Both the position numbers and the translations under genes were made by a program. 64,000 bases of DNA from Hydrolagus colliei (Eukaryota): NCBI GenBank assembly GCA_035084275.1, contig CM068772.1:3100001-3164000 (forward strand), written 5' to 3'. The first letter of the stretch is position 1; each line of letters opens with the position of its first letter. Shown here one piece after another: positions 1 to 14,700 of the stretch. The notes under the pieces were generated by a model. It saw only the letters and a list, made by a program, of their open reading frames with translations. It did no database searches and was not told where the DNA came from.

Positions 1-574
1 AAAACAAAAATCTGTGCCAGGAAGCAATTCTAAGGGTTTACCAACAAGATTGGCTTAATGGAAAAAGTTAACTTTCAGCTATTATAAATGATACATCAAT
101 GGTTAAAGGTCAATTGAAAATCCCACAATGCATTTAACCACAAAATACATTTACCAAACAGGTTAACAAACAAACATTTCAACTAAACCTAGTTGCCAAA
201 CCTCTGTACCATAAAACTGATTAGAATCGATTAGTAGCTCCAGCCATTGAAGTGTGGTGTTGACTGACTTGAGTCACAAGTTGACAAAAAATACTAATCA
301 TTAATTCACTGGATTTCCGTGATGTCAAAAGAAAAATCAGTGGGTGGGCGATGACAAGCAGGTTAGCCAGCCACAAGGCACCCACAAGATAAGAGAACCT
401 ACATTATAACACAGTATATTATCACAGGTTTCCATCATATATCTTCAATTCCAAAAACTAAAATAACAGTGCACTGGGTTCAGCTGATTAGCCATTTTGA
501 AACATTTTCAACATTCTTAATTCTGATATCTAGGCGCAAAATGAAACAGCAATGGGATCTTAAATAAGACATAC

Positions 575-712
575 CTCTACAGAGGGGTCCTTCATCATAT
601 GAATCGGAACAGTCAGATATTCCATCACATAGCTTGCTCATGTGAATACAAATGTCAGATCCCAAGCACTGGTATTCATTCACAGCACACTTAAAATCCT
701 TGTGGTGAGGAC
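575..712 (-). CDS. LRP1: LRP1 coding exon 3 (second LDL-receptor class A repeat); gene continues beyond the left edge
   Basis: 138-nt exon, ccag|GT...AGA G|gtatgt, phase 1-1. Encodes (C)[45 protein letters not shown], an LDLa pattern with a DC-x-D-x-x-DE motif. Confidence 0.93.
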
Positions 713-3700
713 CTGGAAATATTGCAAAATATTAATATTTTAATAATTAAAATATGAATAGAAAATTCACAAAAAAAATACAGGTATTCTGTGAAGTGCA
801 ATGAAATGCTTCAATGACAGATAAGGCGCTATATCAAATGCAAGCATTATTTATATATTCAATTTAATTAATAATCATTACATTTGATATAGTGCCTTTC
901 ATGTTAGGACATGCTTCACAGGATGCACTGTGTATGCACTTATCCTCTAACAATGCAGGTCATCCAAAACTGCCACAGATGTTCCTTTGGGACTAATACC
1001 GACGGGAAAGGCATTCTATAAACGTAACTTCTGTTGTTGTTGCTGAAATAATTGACCCTTGCATGTGCCAGTATGAAAAAAAGGGATAGATTGCAGATTG
1101 AATTTGAATGCTGCAAGTGCAGGGTTGGCTGCCAGAGACAAAACATCATTCTCACATAGGAATTGAAGGCAGAAAAGAAGTAGTTCCGCCACACAAAGAT
1201 AGAAACACGTGGGAAGAAAGACAAAAAGGATTAAAATGAATTTTCTCCTTTTAAGGTATGTGGTAAATCTTAGTTCCAAATAAAATGCTTGCAAAACTAT
1301 TGTGAGTAAATGCACCATATTGCATGAAAATATCTCATTAAATCAAAATTAATTTTATTTAGTCATTTAAGACTTTTCCTACTATCAAATATTTCACCCA
1401 GAACAGAAGTAATGAACAGGAAGAGAATCCTACAAGTCAGGGAAGCACAGGTGCTAATCGTGAGCCTTCGATAAATAGCTCAAGCATTTTATGAATGTCA
1501 CCAAATTCTAAGAATGAATTGTTCTAATGCATACATATTTATGTAGTGTAGTTTAAGATATTTCGATCATTAATAATAATGCTTGCATTTGATATTGTCA
1601 CACGCCTTGGGACGTCCTCCCGACGTGAAAGGCGCTTTATAAGTTTAAGTTGTTGTTGTTGTTGCATCTTATCACTACATTAAAACATCTCAAAACGCTT
1701 CACAGAATATACTCAGCAAACAATCGATAGGTGTAAATGGGCAATAAACTATTGTTGGATGAAACTAGAACTCATTTGACCATTAACAAGAACAACAAAA
1801 AAAATTACATTTGCATAGCACCTTTGCCAATTAATATAATCCAAAGGGATGCTAAAGGGAACTACCAGTATTGAAATCTCCACTATTAGTTTACTATTTG
1901 TTCTCTATCATGCACACATACATAACTTGATCTTCGGTTAACATAAGGAATGACTACTGAATGCAAATGGTTCACAAGGAATAGTGCCCTTCAGGGAAAT
2001 AAACATTAGTCACCACATTAATGACTTTGTTTTCCAAAATTTACAGCTATTGGGTTTGCCCTCAGGAAGTCATTCATCTCCTATTGCGCTAAAATGAGCT
2101 TCGGAGTTACAGCTGTTTGTAATACCTTCCTATATACTGTTGGCTGTAGTTAATTCAATATTTTTATTGAGTAAGATTTCCTGCATAATTTCCAAATGTT
2201 AAATACTTGTTGAAATGATTTCAAAGGGTGTTGAAGTAAAACAAATTGTTCCAAATAATTAATCAACTGAAAACAAATTTGTAAGCGCAGTTTTAACAAA
2301 TATCAAATCACTAAGAGGTTTGCTGTCAATTTAGCTTTTAGTGATAAATAGTTGGGTTACCAAGTCAGATTGCACTGAGAACATCCAACTAGTTCAAAAG
2401 ATTATTTTTTAAAAAAGGATGAACTACCAAACAAGAAAATAAGTTCAATTCCCTGAGGCCCATCACTCCGAGCATCCGACGAAAGGTAGATTTTACACTG
2501 GTGCTACTGCTACCAGTTTAATGTCATCTCCCTATCAGAAGCTGACCTTGGATACAAAGAGCTATAATCAACTGGTGTTTTCTTCTCCTTCCATAACAAT
2601 GATTTTCTTCCAACAATATTTTTTTTGCCTTATAATAACCAACTGTGTCAAATAATGCCTATATTTCTCTAATGGGGCAATCAGCTTCCCCAAACAATTA
2701 GTTCTGGTTTACACACATTCCACAGCATGGAAAGCTTATGTTAAATGAAGAAATAAGACTACAATTTCATGAAAATAGACAGAAAGAAAACGCATACTTT
2801 GGGCAGCCATTTTAAGTTTTACTTACAAAATAGACAGATATAATGCAGCAATAAATCTGCTGGGGTGTCAAAGTTGATGCATACTATACTATTAACCAAC
2901 CAATAAACAGAATTTTAATAATTTACTTTCAGCATACAAAATCCCTGAAAAACTGACACAACAACAGCAAAGAAACATGTTGCTTTTCCAAGACGTAAGC
3001 CTGTTCTTTTTCATTTACTATTATCTGGAATTATTCCAAAATAGTAGGTCACATCTTAACGTTTTCTTCTCGCCAACTGAAGACAGCTATTAATTCTAGT
3101 ATTGGTTATGAAATGCTCTGTTGATCCACGAGGACGGTAAATGAATTCTGGAACAGATTATTATTTCAACATAACAGAAACAATGTGGTGTGATGATGGC
3201 TCCTGTATTGTGTGGTGGAGTTGAGGTGTGAGGGGGAGGGGGTGGCAGCTAGTAAAGATCCAGCACCCAAAGTGCCACTTAGCAGGATAGTTTGGACGTT
3301 CAGTTGAAGAAAGCAGATTTAGGAATTGATGTTCAACAGGCAATCTGTCAGAACACCAGTGGTTTGGGAGTCAAGGGTGGAGGCAGTAGAGTTGGGTGTC
3401 ATCCGCATGGACATGGACACTGCCTACATGTGAGCAAACAGGAGGAGACAAACAATACCACAAATATAACGGTTGATCACTTAATCAACTTCATGCAAGC
3501 ACAATTTAACCCAACTTCTTTTTAGAAATAGTACATTTACATTCTAAAAGCCATTTTTGTTGAACATACTCCATTCAAATTCCCTAACTAAAGGGAAGGG
3601 AAACCCCGGCCTTGACACATTAACTAGCAAGTCATCATGTCTCTGTCTGAGGCAGTTTGACCTACAGCATATGCTGACAATGTAGGTTTTACTCATGCAG

Positions 3701-4295
3701 CATTACTGAAAACATATATCCTGTTGTGGTGAAGAAGAATTGGACAGACATATTGTATGACCATGGAAGAGGATTAGTGGCCTGTTGACCCTCAAGTTAA
3801 ATGCACAAGAATTATTTACACAACTCAACCCAGATCAAATCACTCCATACTGACAGCTCAATGCCACAAGGGATCTTTAGCTTCTCTAACAAGCAACACA
3901 CATAAATGATAAAGGGGAAAAATAATCTACTGTTAGCCGTTGAGTATTTATATTTGACAAAATGCACACAGATATGAAAAAAGCATTAAGAGAAGACCGA
4001 GATACAAACAAGAATCTCTGATTGAATAATACAAATTTTTCAAGGCTTTTGTTGAGTAAGGATAGAGATAAGCAGTTGTGCAACAGTCTACACCTAGAAA
4101 TGATTATGACACATCATGACAAAATTTGAAAATGCTGGATATCCTCATGACATATCACTCGGCTCGAGTACAAACATGCAAATGTCAATTGTAACTATCT
4201 ACTGACGTATTGACTGCTGGTTTGACATGTTCACCTCCCAGTCCCACTTTTATCAAAAGCAAGTTTGATATATTTTTTAAAAAAAGTAAAAATCA

Positions 4296-4523
<228 letters not shown>

Positions 4524-7079
4524 TCAGGATTACACTATTTAAAGAATTATACAAATTGCTCAAAAATGAGATGAAATATTATTTTTAACCTGATGAAAAT
4601 CTATTTGTTTATACATCACAAATCTATAAGTAGCACCCTTACATTAAATGCTTCAGTAAAGAAAATTTAGTTTCTATGTTTTTCTCTCAAAAGAAAAGTC
4701 ATTTTTCATTTTTATAGCCATGACAAGTTTGTTGCCTAGCTTTTTATATCACCCTAGAACATATAATGGGGCAATTGCAGCAATTAACTTGTAAAATTAA
4801 GTTTGAAGTTTTGGATATAAATTTTGAGCCATCAGTTTAAAAGTCTTGAAAATCCAGATTAACCATTTTTTTTAAAATAGCACTTGTGCAATTTACAGAC
4901 CACCCCCCTGTATTTGTACAAGTCTAACCCAGGGTAATTCAACAATATCAAGACTGGAGAACTGAGAGAGAGAGAAAACAAAATCAGTGAGAGTAGGAGG
5001 TATTGTAATTAATGCAATAGAGATTGACTTAGTTACTTCAACAAATATTGCAAATCTAGCAGAAACTGCTGATTCAGTGAAGTGCCAACCATCACAATGA
5101 TCCTCTTTTACAAAACAGTGACGCTTATTTGATTCCTATACCGTTTCCAAGCTTCTGAAATCAGACATATGTTCTATGGGCTGCCCTTTTTTAAAAAAAA
5201 AAGTTTGTGACTGTTACGCAAAATTACTAAGCCAATGTGATCAGAATACTGTATTTTGATTCATTTAAATTGTATCAACCTGAGCAGATAATAAAAAAAT
5301 TCTTGTTTTTCATTTGGTGGGTAGATTAAAAACTATTTGGGGATAATGAAAATAATTGGTTCTTCATTACAGAATTTATCAATGATTGACATTTTAGAAG
5401 AGTCTTATCCACTATTTAAAAAAATACATTGCTTTTTACACAGGAAATGGGAGAATATTATGGCTGTCTGGGAAAACATAAGCAAATGGTCATTTAATCC
5501 AAAAGGCCGTGTTACACAGACCATGAAAAATCTTCCCCATCGTGGACCCTAACTTATTTAATCGTTTATGGAAAAGTTCTGCAAAGCTATCCCAAAGTTA
5601 ATCAGGACAAACAACACAACTACAGGACTGAAATAACTGCTCAAGTGAAAAAATGTTTGAGGACTTTTTAAACAGTCAAAAGTATAGATTATATGATAAT
5701 TTCGGGAAAATCATAAAGGGAAATTGAGAAAAATCAATAATTTCACAAAACAATAATATGCAATCAGTTTGCAGATCATCAGGGCTCCACAGTAATTCTG
5801 TCTATTGGATTTTCCTTGTATACTAACGCAGTTGCTGCTTCAAATTCTAATTTGGACATCCTTCCCGATGTGAAAGGCACTTTACAAATGTAAATCAATC
5901 AATCTAAGGCTACAAGTACAACCTATCAATTCTTCGTAGCTACTAAATATAATCACACAATTGAAATTAACTAAATGTATCTGAAGAAATCAAATCTAAA
6001 ATTAAATTTTTACAACTCCTTTTAATTGGTTAGAAGCAGCAACTTCCAAATGGCATAAAATATTGAAAATAAAATGGAACCCCAAACCAAGAGTGCTATT
6101 GTGAATTAGTTGTTAAATGTTTAAAAATCACAAATGTACTAGTTAAATTGCAGATTAGATCTTCGTCTTATTCAGTACAGTACTGAGTCATTTAATACTT
6201 TTATCTCAAGAGATTTAAAAACTTTTGCAATTGGTCTTCCACCGGAGGTGGCTTTGGCAGTCACAACGGACTATGCAAAGGTTAATGTTTAAAGCATATG
6301 TGCAGTTTTGTAACCGACCCAACATTCTTTGTCTTGTTTCAGCCAATATACACATATGTGCTGTTTAAGTCTGTGTTGCGCAGGTTTTTTTTGGCTTGCA
6401 TTCAGAGAACATGAACTGCACAGTCACGATTGAATCAATTGACAGCAATGGTGACAAGCTGATCATAGTTCTCATTAAGCTTTCTAAGAAGCCACCCAAT
6501 ACAATGGGCACTACAGTAGATCAAGTTTATACAAGTGGCTGTTGAAACAATGTCTCTTAGACTCAGGATTTCCTACTGTCCCAAACATTTGCTACACTCA
6601 GCTTTTTCCACAAGTTTCATCCAAACAAACAAAATATTTTCTAAACTTTTCAGCATATTCATCAGAGACACTTGTGTTACCAAGCCTCCAAAGTATACAC
6701 ATTTTAAATTACAGCAAATATTTTGTTAAATAGATTTTTTTTTAAATTTGTTACAAAATCTTCAGAAACTATTAAAAGCAGAAATAGACTCAAAGGAATA
6801 CTTCACCCAGTAATCCCGACAATTTCTGGCCCCTCTATATACTTGCTTGATTATCTCCACAAACCAGATCATGAAAACACAATATTGCCAGACTTCGGAA
6901 AGATGAGGTAGCAGCCTGGCTCCGTTAGTATGATTCTCTGAAGCCCAACAACAGAACTTTTAAGTATATTGTCTCAGCTGCACTAAAGCATATATACTGC
7001 TTGTCATAGGTATTATCCTTTGGTTAAGACACTAACACAAGAGGTAGGTTCATGCCGCTCATTAAGAAAGAAGAATTAC

Positions 7080-7290
7080 ACTTATATAGCGCCTTTTACT
7101 TTGGAAGGATATCCCCAAACGCTAAACAAATGATATGGATACCAAGGAAATTACCTTCCTACTCTTCTTCAAAATAGTGCCAAAAGATCTTTAACATCCA
7201 TCTTAACAAACAGACACAACTTAATCTCAATATTTCATCTATTTCATCTCTGGAAGTGTACCAAGGAAGGAAGGCCTGGTTTAAGTTAAG
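7080..7290 (-). mobile_element. Old Deu-domain SINE fragment (SacSINE1/AmnSINE1-like)
   Basis: Reverse strand reads GGATGTTAAAGATCTTTTGGCACTATTTTGAAGAAGAGTAG and ends ...AAAGGCGCTATATAAG, resembling the Deu-domain core and tail. Boundaries approximate. Confidence 0.6.
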
Positions 7291-7689
7291 GAACCAGTTG
7301 GGTTCAATCAAGTCAATTCTAGTGCAATATGAGACCCTGGATACCCAGGTAGGGCCCCACAATAAGTTAAGGAAAAAAGTATAGCATGAAGTGACCTACC
7401 TGGTCATCCCCGTGTTATATTCTCCAGAATTATTCCGTTAATTAACAACCCCCAAATTATCTTATATACTGTATATTTGAATATAATATTTGAAAGGGAA
7501 AGTCAAGTTAAATATTACTACATTGATACACTTAATACAGAAATGCTGCATGTTAGTGTTTGTGTGCAAAGCTCTGTTGACATCTGAATGATTTGAACAA
7601 TTGAGTGGCAAATTGTATTATTCTGGAAATTCACATTGTTTGGCAGCTGTATTCTCAACAATATTAAGTTAATAATATGTTTTTAAAAA

Positions 7690-7995
7690 TCCTTAGATTT
7701 GATATAGTATCTCACGTCAGAATGAGGTCTTAAAGCACTTGATAGAAGTGTAGTTAGTGACTGTATTTTGTTGGGATCCCAGCAGTCAATTCACGCAGAG
7801 CAATGTCCCACAAACAGTCATCAAATGAATGACCAATTTTTTTTATTGGGTGGGATTGATGGGCAGAACACCAGGAGAAACTCACTTTAAATTGAGCAGA
7901 ACTATGGAATCTTTAATATCCACCTGAACAAGCAAACTGGATCTTAGTTTGTCATCTTATCCACAGGAAAGTACCCCCATCAATGCAGCACAACA
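7690..7995 (-). mobile_element. Old Deu-domain SINE fragment
   Basis: Reverse strand has TGCTGCATTGATGGGGGTAC...CAGGTGGATATTAAAGATTCCATAG...TCTCCTGGTGTTCTG and ...CTGTTTGTGGGACATTGCTCTGCGTGAATTGACTGC. Boundaries approximate. Confidence 0.6.
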
Positions 7996-9439
7996 CCAAG
8001 CACGGTAATTACATTATTAAAAGTATTCAGGAAAGTCAAGAAAGCCAATAAGTCTGCACTCGTGTATAAGATTGGGGAAGTGCAAGTTGTTTCGAATTGC
8101 TTTGACTCACACGGAGTACCACGTGGGCTCTATCATGAAATAATTCAAAATATAGATTGAATAATGCATGGGCTGGGATTCCAAATGGGATTCCTAAAAA
8201 TTGTGAATAAACAAAAATCAAATGGATGTATAAAAAAACACACATTTTGGTGGCATTTTTTAAGCCATGTGCAGATATTCCTTGCTGTGGGGAAATGCTG
8301 GAACAACACTGATACTTGCAAGTGAGGCAATCCAAATTAATACAGGAGCCTAATTAGTATTTTAACCTCAACTCCAGAACAGAAACATGGTACAAGTTAT
8401 TCATATTGTCTGAGTGTAATTCTTTGGGATATAGTTGCATGATTGCTGGCTGTTCTCTGGTACCATGCCAAAGTGATCATTAATCATCCATTAACCTCAT
8501 CAGCGAGCATTAGTAGGCTCTTTTATAATGGAGGTATTGAAGCTGAGCCCACAGAGGCAAGCAAAGTCCAGAGTAGTTCAGAGTAATTAGATGGTCAATC
8601 TACTTTTCACAGTGATTTGTCACAAACAACATAATATAAATAAGACACAAAATACTACAGATCCTGGGAATCTGAAACAAAAACAGAAGTTGCTGGGGAA
8701 ACTCAGCAGGTCAGGCAGCATCCATGGAGAAAGGAAAAAGAGTCAATGTTTCGGGTCTATAACCCTTACTGATAATATAAATAAGATTTTAATACAGACT
8801 CTTACAAAAAAGATAACTGCAAAAAGCTTTCAACTTGAGTGCACTCGTGTGCGCACACACACCAATTAAATCAATTTTCTTTTCTTTGTGATATTAAACT
8901 ACACCATTTTCAGAATGACTGCCATGTTCCAAAATGTTGTTCTGAGTGATGAGCAACTCAAAAAATCTTATCCTACATTTTGAAAAGCAGTTTGAAGACT
9001 GATTTGTATAAACAACATTTATTTTTAAAATGATTTGTACAAATGTTTGTCAAACCTTAAATGTAAATAAGCACAGGACCCAAGACAAACAACGATTTCA
9101 TTGATTTTTTTTAATACAAATTCCAAAGGGTAAAATAACCAAACATTCTGGAAAAATCAATCAATAGACCCTTTTGAGAAAAGTTACTAACCAATGCAAA
9201 CATTGTACATGCTCCATTTCTGCAAAACAGCTTAAAGAATTAGTGATGTAATAAGCTAAAACTATTCAAGGGTCATAGGCTAAAGCATTCATCTTTTTTT
9301 CAAATCTGTATATGTTTTAGTCATACTTTAAAGTCAAATGCGTCACAGAACACTGATAGTATTTTTTTAAATTAAAATGGATTAAAGGAAACAGTGTTGT
9401 CTACTAACAATGCAATTAACCATTAAAAACAAATTAATG

Positions 9440-10385
9440 AGGTACCTAGCCATGAAATTGTATACAGTATTAAATTTGCGGATGACACCAAGTTGGGGGA
9501 AATTGTGGAATTAGAGGAGGCAGCAAAGGATTTAAATAGAGCACGTTTTGGGTATGCACACGGGCTGACGACTTCATGCAAATGGCTATACACTTTCAAA
9601 AATCCTTCATAATATACTTTCACTTATCTCAGGATTTAATGCTGAAATGCAACTTTCCATTGTTCACCTCTTGAAATGAAGTGCTATTTGAAGTGCTCAA
9701 ATGATCACTGTTTTATATAGATGTAAAATGATATTGGGCTCCCTAGATTTGTTTGGGGAATGTCAAGAAATCCTATCCCTGAGCAGTGATTGAGAGGATA
9801 CAGGAGGGCAACCAAAATGAAAAGAAAACCAAAAGAAATGGAGGGCTTGGACTACAAAGAGCGATTAGATAAACTGGGCACTTTCATGCTGGAAAAGAGA
9901 AGGTTGAGGGTTGAGATATGATTTCCGTCTTTAAGATTCTGAAGTGACTAGACAATGTAGACTGGGATAATCCGTTTTATCTTGTGCTGAACCAGAGGAG
10001 AAGCCTGCGATTGAAGGGAATGGTAAATTCACAACAAATCTGTGGAAAGACTACTTCAATGAGCGAGTAATAATTTATGAAACAGGCTTCCTAGGGAGAT
10101 GGTGGAAGCAGAATATGATTGTTTCAAGAACAAATGAAGTCAGATTTCTTCTAGAAAATAATATCTCAAGATACGGTAATGTACTGTATATAGTTTGGGA
10201 CACAACACCACCAACAACAACAATTTGGATTTGTAGAAACCAATGGATTCAGAATTTTGAATAAGCTGGATTTTATGAATGGTGGAGGAAAAGGAGGAGG
10301 GCATTGACAACGTCAAACCAGGATGGCAGAACGTGAACTAAATGGACCTTGGCTTTCTTTCGCCTAGCAAATTCTTCTGTTCCAA
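9440..10385 (+). mobile_element. Decayed CR1-type LINE 3' fragments (RT remnant plus 3' end)
   Basis: AAATTTGCGGATGACACCAAGTTGGGG = KFADDTKLG (CR1 RT motif) near 9470. QRRATKM and EGLDYKERLDKLGTFMLEKRRLR-like C-terminal remnants at ~9800-9910. TTCTTCTGTTC-type tail near 10375. Confidence 0.8.
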
Positions 10386-10559
10386 TACTTAGCACATTGG
10401 TAAAATACAATTTGCTGATGGTCCAGACAAGGTGTAGCCCACTCTACTCATGCTGTAGTTACTTTTTGGACCAACATTAATAAAGTTTTGGTTGACACAA
10501 ACTGAATGAATGTATATCCATGCCTTACTCAGTGATATTATCTTGAGCCGAGAATTCCA

Positions 10560-10845
10560 GGCATAAAGAGCTTGTGATCACTGTGCTTCCAAGCTGGGTT
10601 GAACATTTAGATCACAATTAGATTTGTTGGCTAGGACACCGGAACAAACTCCTCTCTCTTTTCAAATTGTTCTGTGAGATCCCGAATGTCCACCTGAACA
10701 GGCAGGTTTAGTGTCTCTTCCAAAAGATAGCACCTCCAACAATGAACACCCTTACCCCCTGCACCGACTTGTCAGTTTAAACCGTGTGATTTCAAGTCCC
10801 CTCTGACTTGAAGGCGAAGGCACGGCCACTGAGCCAGGCTGACTA
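10560..10845 (-). mobile_element. Old Deu-domain SINE (5' half)
   Basis: Reverse strand GTCAGCCTGGCTCAGTGGCCGTGCCTTCGCC...GTTGGAGGTGCTATCTTTTGGAAGAGACACTAAACC...CAGGTGGACATTCGGGATCTCACAGAACAATTTGAAAAGAGAGAGGAGTTTGTTCCGGTGTCCTAGCC: tRNA-like head plus Deu core. Confidence 0.65.
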
Positions 10846-13800
10846 ATTTTAAACTAATTTCTTTTGACAAACATAGAAGATGTGTCAGTTTCACAAAGAA
10901 AAACTTGGCACAGGTTCAAGAATACTGGAAAAACACTGGTATTTTCAGTTGCTGTTACTGATATCCTGTAATATATCCCTGAGTGACATTGTCTGAATTG
11001 GCGGCACGTGACAATTAATGCCTATTGGCTACATCATTTGTCAGCATTTACTCAGATCACAACATGCCAAAATATGAATGGAAATATTTTATAGGTCCAC
11101 TTTTTCCTCACATAAGCTGATGTTCAAAGATTTCAAGGCTCGAACCTTGGTTTGTTCTTCATTCAACTCAATAATGTTTGAAGTACTTCAAATGAGTAAA
11201 GGCTATATTAAATATAGTATGGCTAATCTAAAACAGTTGCAATGTGCCCCTTTCTCTTCATTCCTCATTCCTGACCTATTCTTAATCCAAACAAAATGTT
11301 TTTTTTAAATGATAGGGATAATAAATATAATTCATCACTATCAAAATTCACATATAATTCTGAAATGTATTTCAATGCAAATTACAAAAATATGAGAAAG
11401 AGCAAAAGGTAACTTGCTCTGTCGCCCTATTATCCAAATCAGTGATTAGTCTATTTGGGGGCCCTATTACAAGATGATCTCACCTTCTTCTAGATTACAT
11501 TTTGCAGACACTTATATATTATACCCTAAAGACCAAAAAGATATATTTTTCTATGTTATAAATCAAATATTTTGCTATAAGTGTATCTGCTTAACTGGCT
11601 AAAAGGAGGTGCTGTACAATTTTCACACATGATGGTTGGATGGCAGATCATCAAATAATAAGTTGTCATTGATTAACACAGCCATAAATTAAAAATCATC
11701 TATGCATGCTGGAAAAAAGCTGAAAGTGTACAGATCAAACGCACTTGAAAGAGAAAGATGGGTTAGCTTTTCAGTATTGGCTATCAGTAAACTGTTCTGC
11801 CAGGCAAAAACTACTATACAGAATATAGCTTGGATAGTAAAAAAAAACTAAACTTGCACTTAACATATCAATGGAAATCTCAATTAGTAACTGAGCTAAA
11901 AAAAATTGTTGCATCAACGACTCAGTATAAACAGGAAATGTTCAGAGGTAGGACACATAAGCTCAGAAGAAATAGAGCAAATTTAATACAGAACATTTAC
12001 CATCAGGGTAGTTTTAATTTTTCCCAACACCATTTTACAGTTCAATGTTCTTTTCTAACATATTCAGGATTTGAAGTAATCAATGTGCTATGTAACATAA
12101 ATTTCAAAATGTAGCTTTTGTTTGACAATACAACAATGTTATTCTGTTTGTTTGTTTTGGAAAATGACCTTTGCATCATTGACTTAGTTTCTATTTACTG
12201 GAAAGGAAAGGGGGTGGGGAAGAAGAGTACAATCTGTCTGTCACAACTATGAACAGATTCTTCAGCAGCGGCGTATTATACTTCCAATTACACTGATCCC
12301 TGTAGACATATATAAAATGAATGGTGCTTTCTGAGTTGGAGCATATTCTCCACAACTAAAGCAGAAATCCATTCTGAAATCCATAAACATGATAGAATTT
12401 TTTAAGACTGTCTTGCCAACAACTTTGCTGAGGGCAATAGTTTTGCTCAGTCTTTTTTCAAAAGCACGTACAGTTTATTAGCACTGAACCAAACGCTTGG
12501 CTGTCTAAAGCAAAATCACTTGCAGCTGGTTTCCCCTCAATCATGGCATAGTATAGTTTGAATTATTTCCTTCTGTGGAGGCCTAATCCTTACCAGGGTG
12601 AAAAGAAAAATGCAGAACCATGTCTTATCTCACTATAACTTTCTTTTGATTTGCAAAAATCCAATTCTTACAGTAACTATTCAATGCTTTAACTTCACCC
12701 TTGTATCTCAAAATGTTTTCGTCATTAAACTAAAAAACAGAATACTATTCAATCATCTGCTATTAGTGAATTGTGATCAAAGAAACAAGTACATTTTCAG
12801 AATTTTACTGTCTCATGTAGTACTTCCAAAGCAATTTGTTTTAAATGAGTATTCAGGGTAATTTTATTAAATTATTCATTCAAAAAATTATAAAGTGTAA
12901 ATTTTGCAAATTATTAATAGACATACCACTCAGGAAATTCTTATACATTCACAAAAGGAGAATGAAATGGAATTGCGAATTACACACTGTACATTCCACA
13001 AATATAGCAGGAGATTATAGCTTTTGTGTCATTCTTTCAGAAGAGTCAACATTAAGCCCCACAGAACCAAAGGCCAACGACAAGCAATGACATTCTCGCG
13101 ACACTACTTGCTAACCTCAATCTACAATTGAACAGCAAAATAGGATACATTGCATACATAGCAAGGGGAGGCCCCAAATAAATAAGTTTATTTACTCTTT
13201 TTTAGACATTATAGATGTAGAGTGGCACTAAGGGGGGGGGCTAGAGGTGCGATGACAATTTATTAATTAACAGCTAATAATTAAATCTTAAGTGTCATCA
13301 ATACAGGCACAAAATTTGTTTCTAATTAGCCTACAGTGCTAGTCTATTGGTGGTCCAATGCAGATCAATTGTAGATGTAACTTCTCTCCATAGGATGGCA
13401 AGTCACTGAACTTAAGTTCTCTTTATATGTACTCAATACAAAAGTTATTTCAACCAATGCATTTAGCTAGAATTCACTAAACAGAGTGTAGCCCCTAATG
13501 TAAACAATAAATGAGGAAATGAGGAGGGACTTGTTTATAAAAATAGCCGTGAGAAAGTGGAAGTCTCAACAGAAGCTATGGTACGCCAAATAAAAATTCT
13601 TCAACATGAAGGCTGACTCAGTAATATTTGCCTGGCAGTTTAAATTTTATGACAGGGATTTTTTTAAAAAACAGCACTACACTGAAAGCGTCAAGCCTAG
13701 ATGACAGCAGCAGCATTGAGCAGAAATGTCTTTAAGATTGTGTTATCGCTCTCAATTTAATGCTGTGACCCTTAGGCTGATGTAAACAATGGCTCTTTTA

Positions 13801-14579
13801 GGGCAAGTAACCAATGATATGCATGTTACCCACATTATAGTGAGATAAAGAATTCTCTTGACCCCCAATAGTATTGTAGATCAAGAAAATAAAAAGTTAC
13901 CATCCAGCATTTTAAAAGATCACCAAGTTAGAACCAACAAAGCAAGAAAATCAACACTGCAATTTGCCTAAAACAACAAAACGTTGTGCATCCTCAAACT
14001 GAGTTTTTCCTCATAAAGAACTCAATTTTCCCATACATATCTTGGGCAATAACCAACATTCCCAGGGTTTCATCAATACAGAATCAGCTACAAAGACACC
14101 ATATCAGTACTGTGCAGGGCACCACTCCAATTTCCCTCCACCAGAGACTTCTGGGATGACTTCAGTACTTCTCCACAGCAACACTGCTGCTCTTACCTTG
14201 CTGTACAATTTTAGTTGGCTTTTTGGGAAAGGTTTTGATTGTTTTAGGGGCAGACAATATAACAAATTTTCCTTTAAATTTTATTTGGTTTCATTTTTCA
14301 AAAATTATTTCAACCAAGGCAGCTAAATGCTAAGATTTAGTTAGAATTAATTTAACAGAGTATAGCCCCTAATGTCAACAATAAATGAAGAAAGAAGCAC
14401 TACCTACCACTCTAGTGTTGGCTTAACAATTTAACTGCTGCATATTAAAGCAAAATACTTGCAAACTTTCTCCTAAATTATTGAATTACAGATCAAACTG
14501 GCATAGTCATTTTTAACTGACATATAAAAACAGCATTCCAGTGCAACCATTCCAACTTTTAAAAAAATTATTTCCCACA

Positions 14580-14700
14580 ATAACAACAACAAAATTACAT
14601 TTATAGAGCCTTTCACGTCAGGAGCATGTCCCAAGGCGTTGGACAGTGTTTCAGACCCGAGCTGGGGTTGGGATGGGGGAGGGTGGAGGGCAATTTGGGA
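14580..14700 (-). mobile_element. L2 LINE 3' tail fragment
   Basis: AACAACAACAAAATTACATTTATAGAGCCTTTCACGTCAGGAGCATGTCCCAAGGCG is the reverse complement of the (GTT)n-ending tail seen at 17590-17647. Confidence 0.75.
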
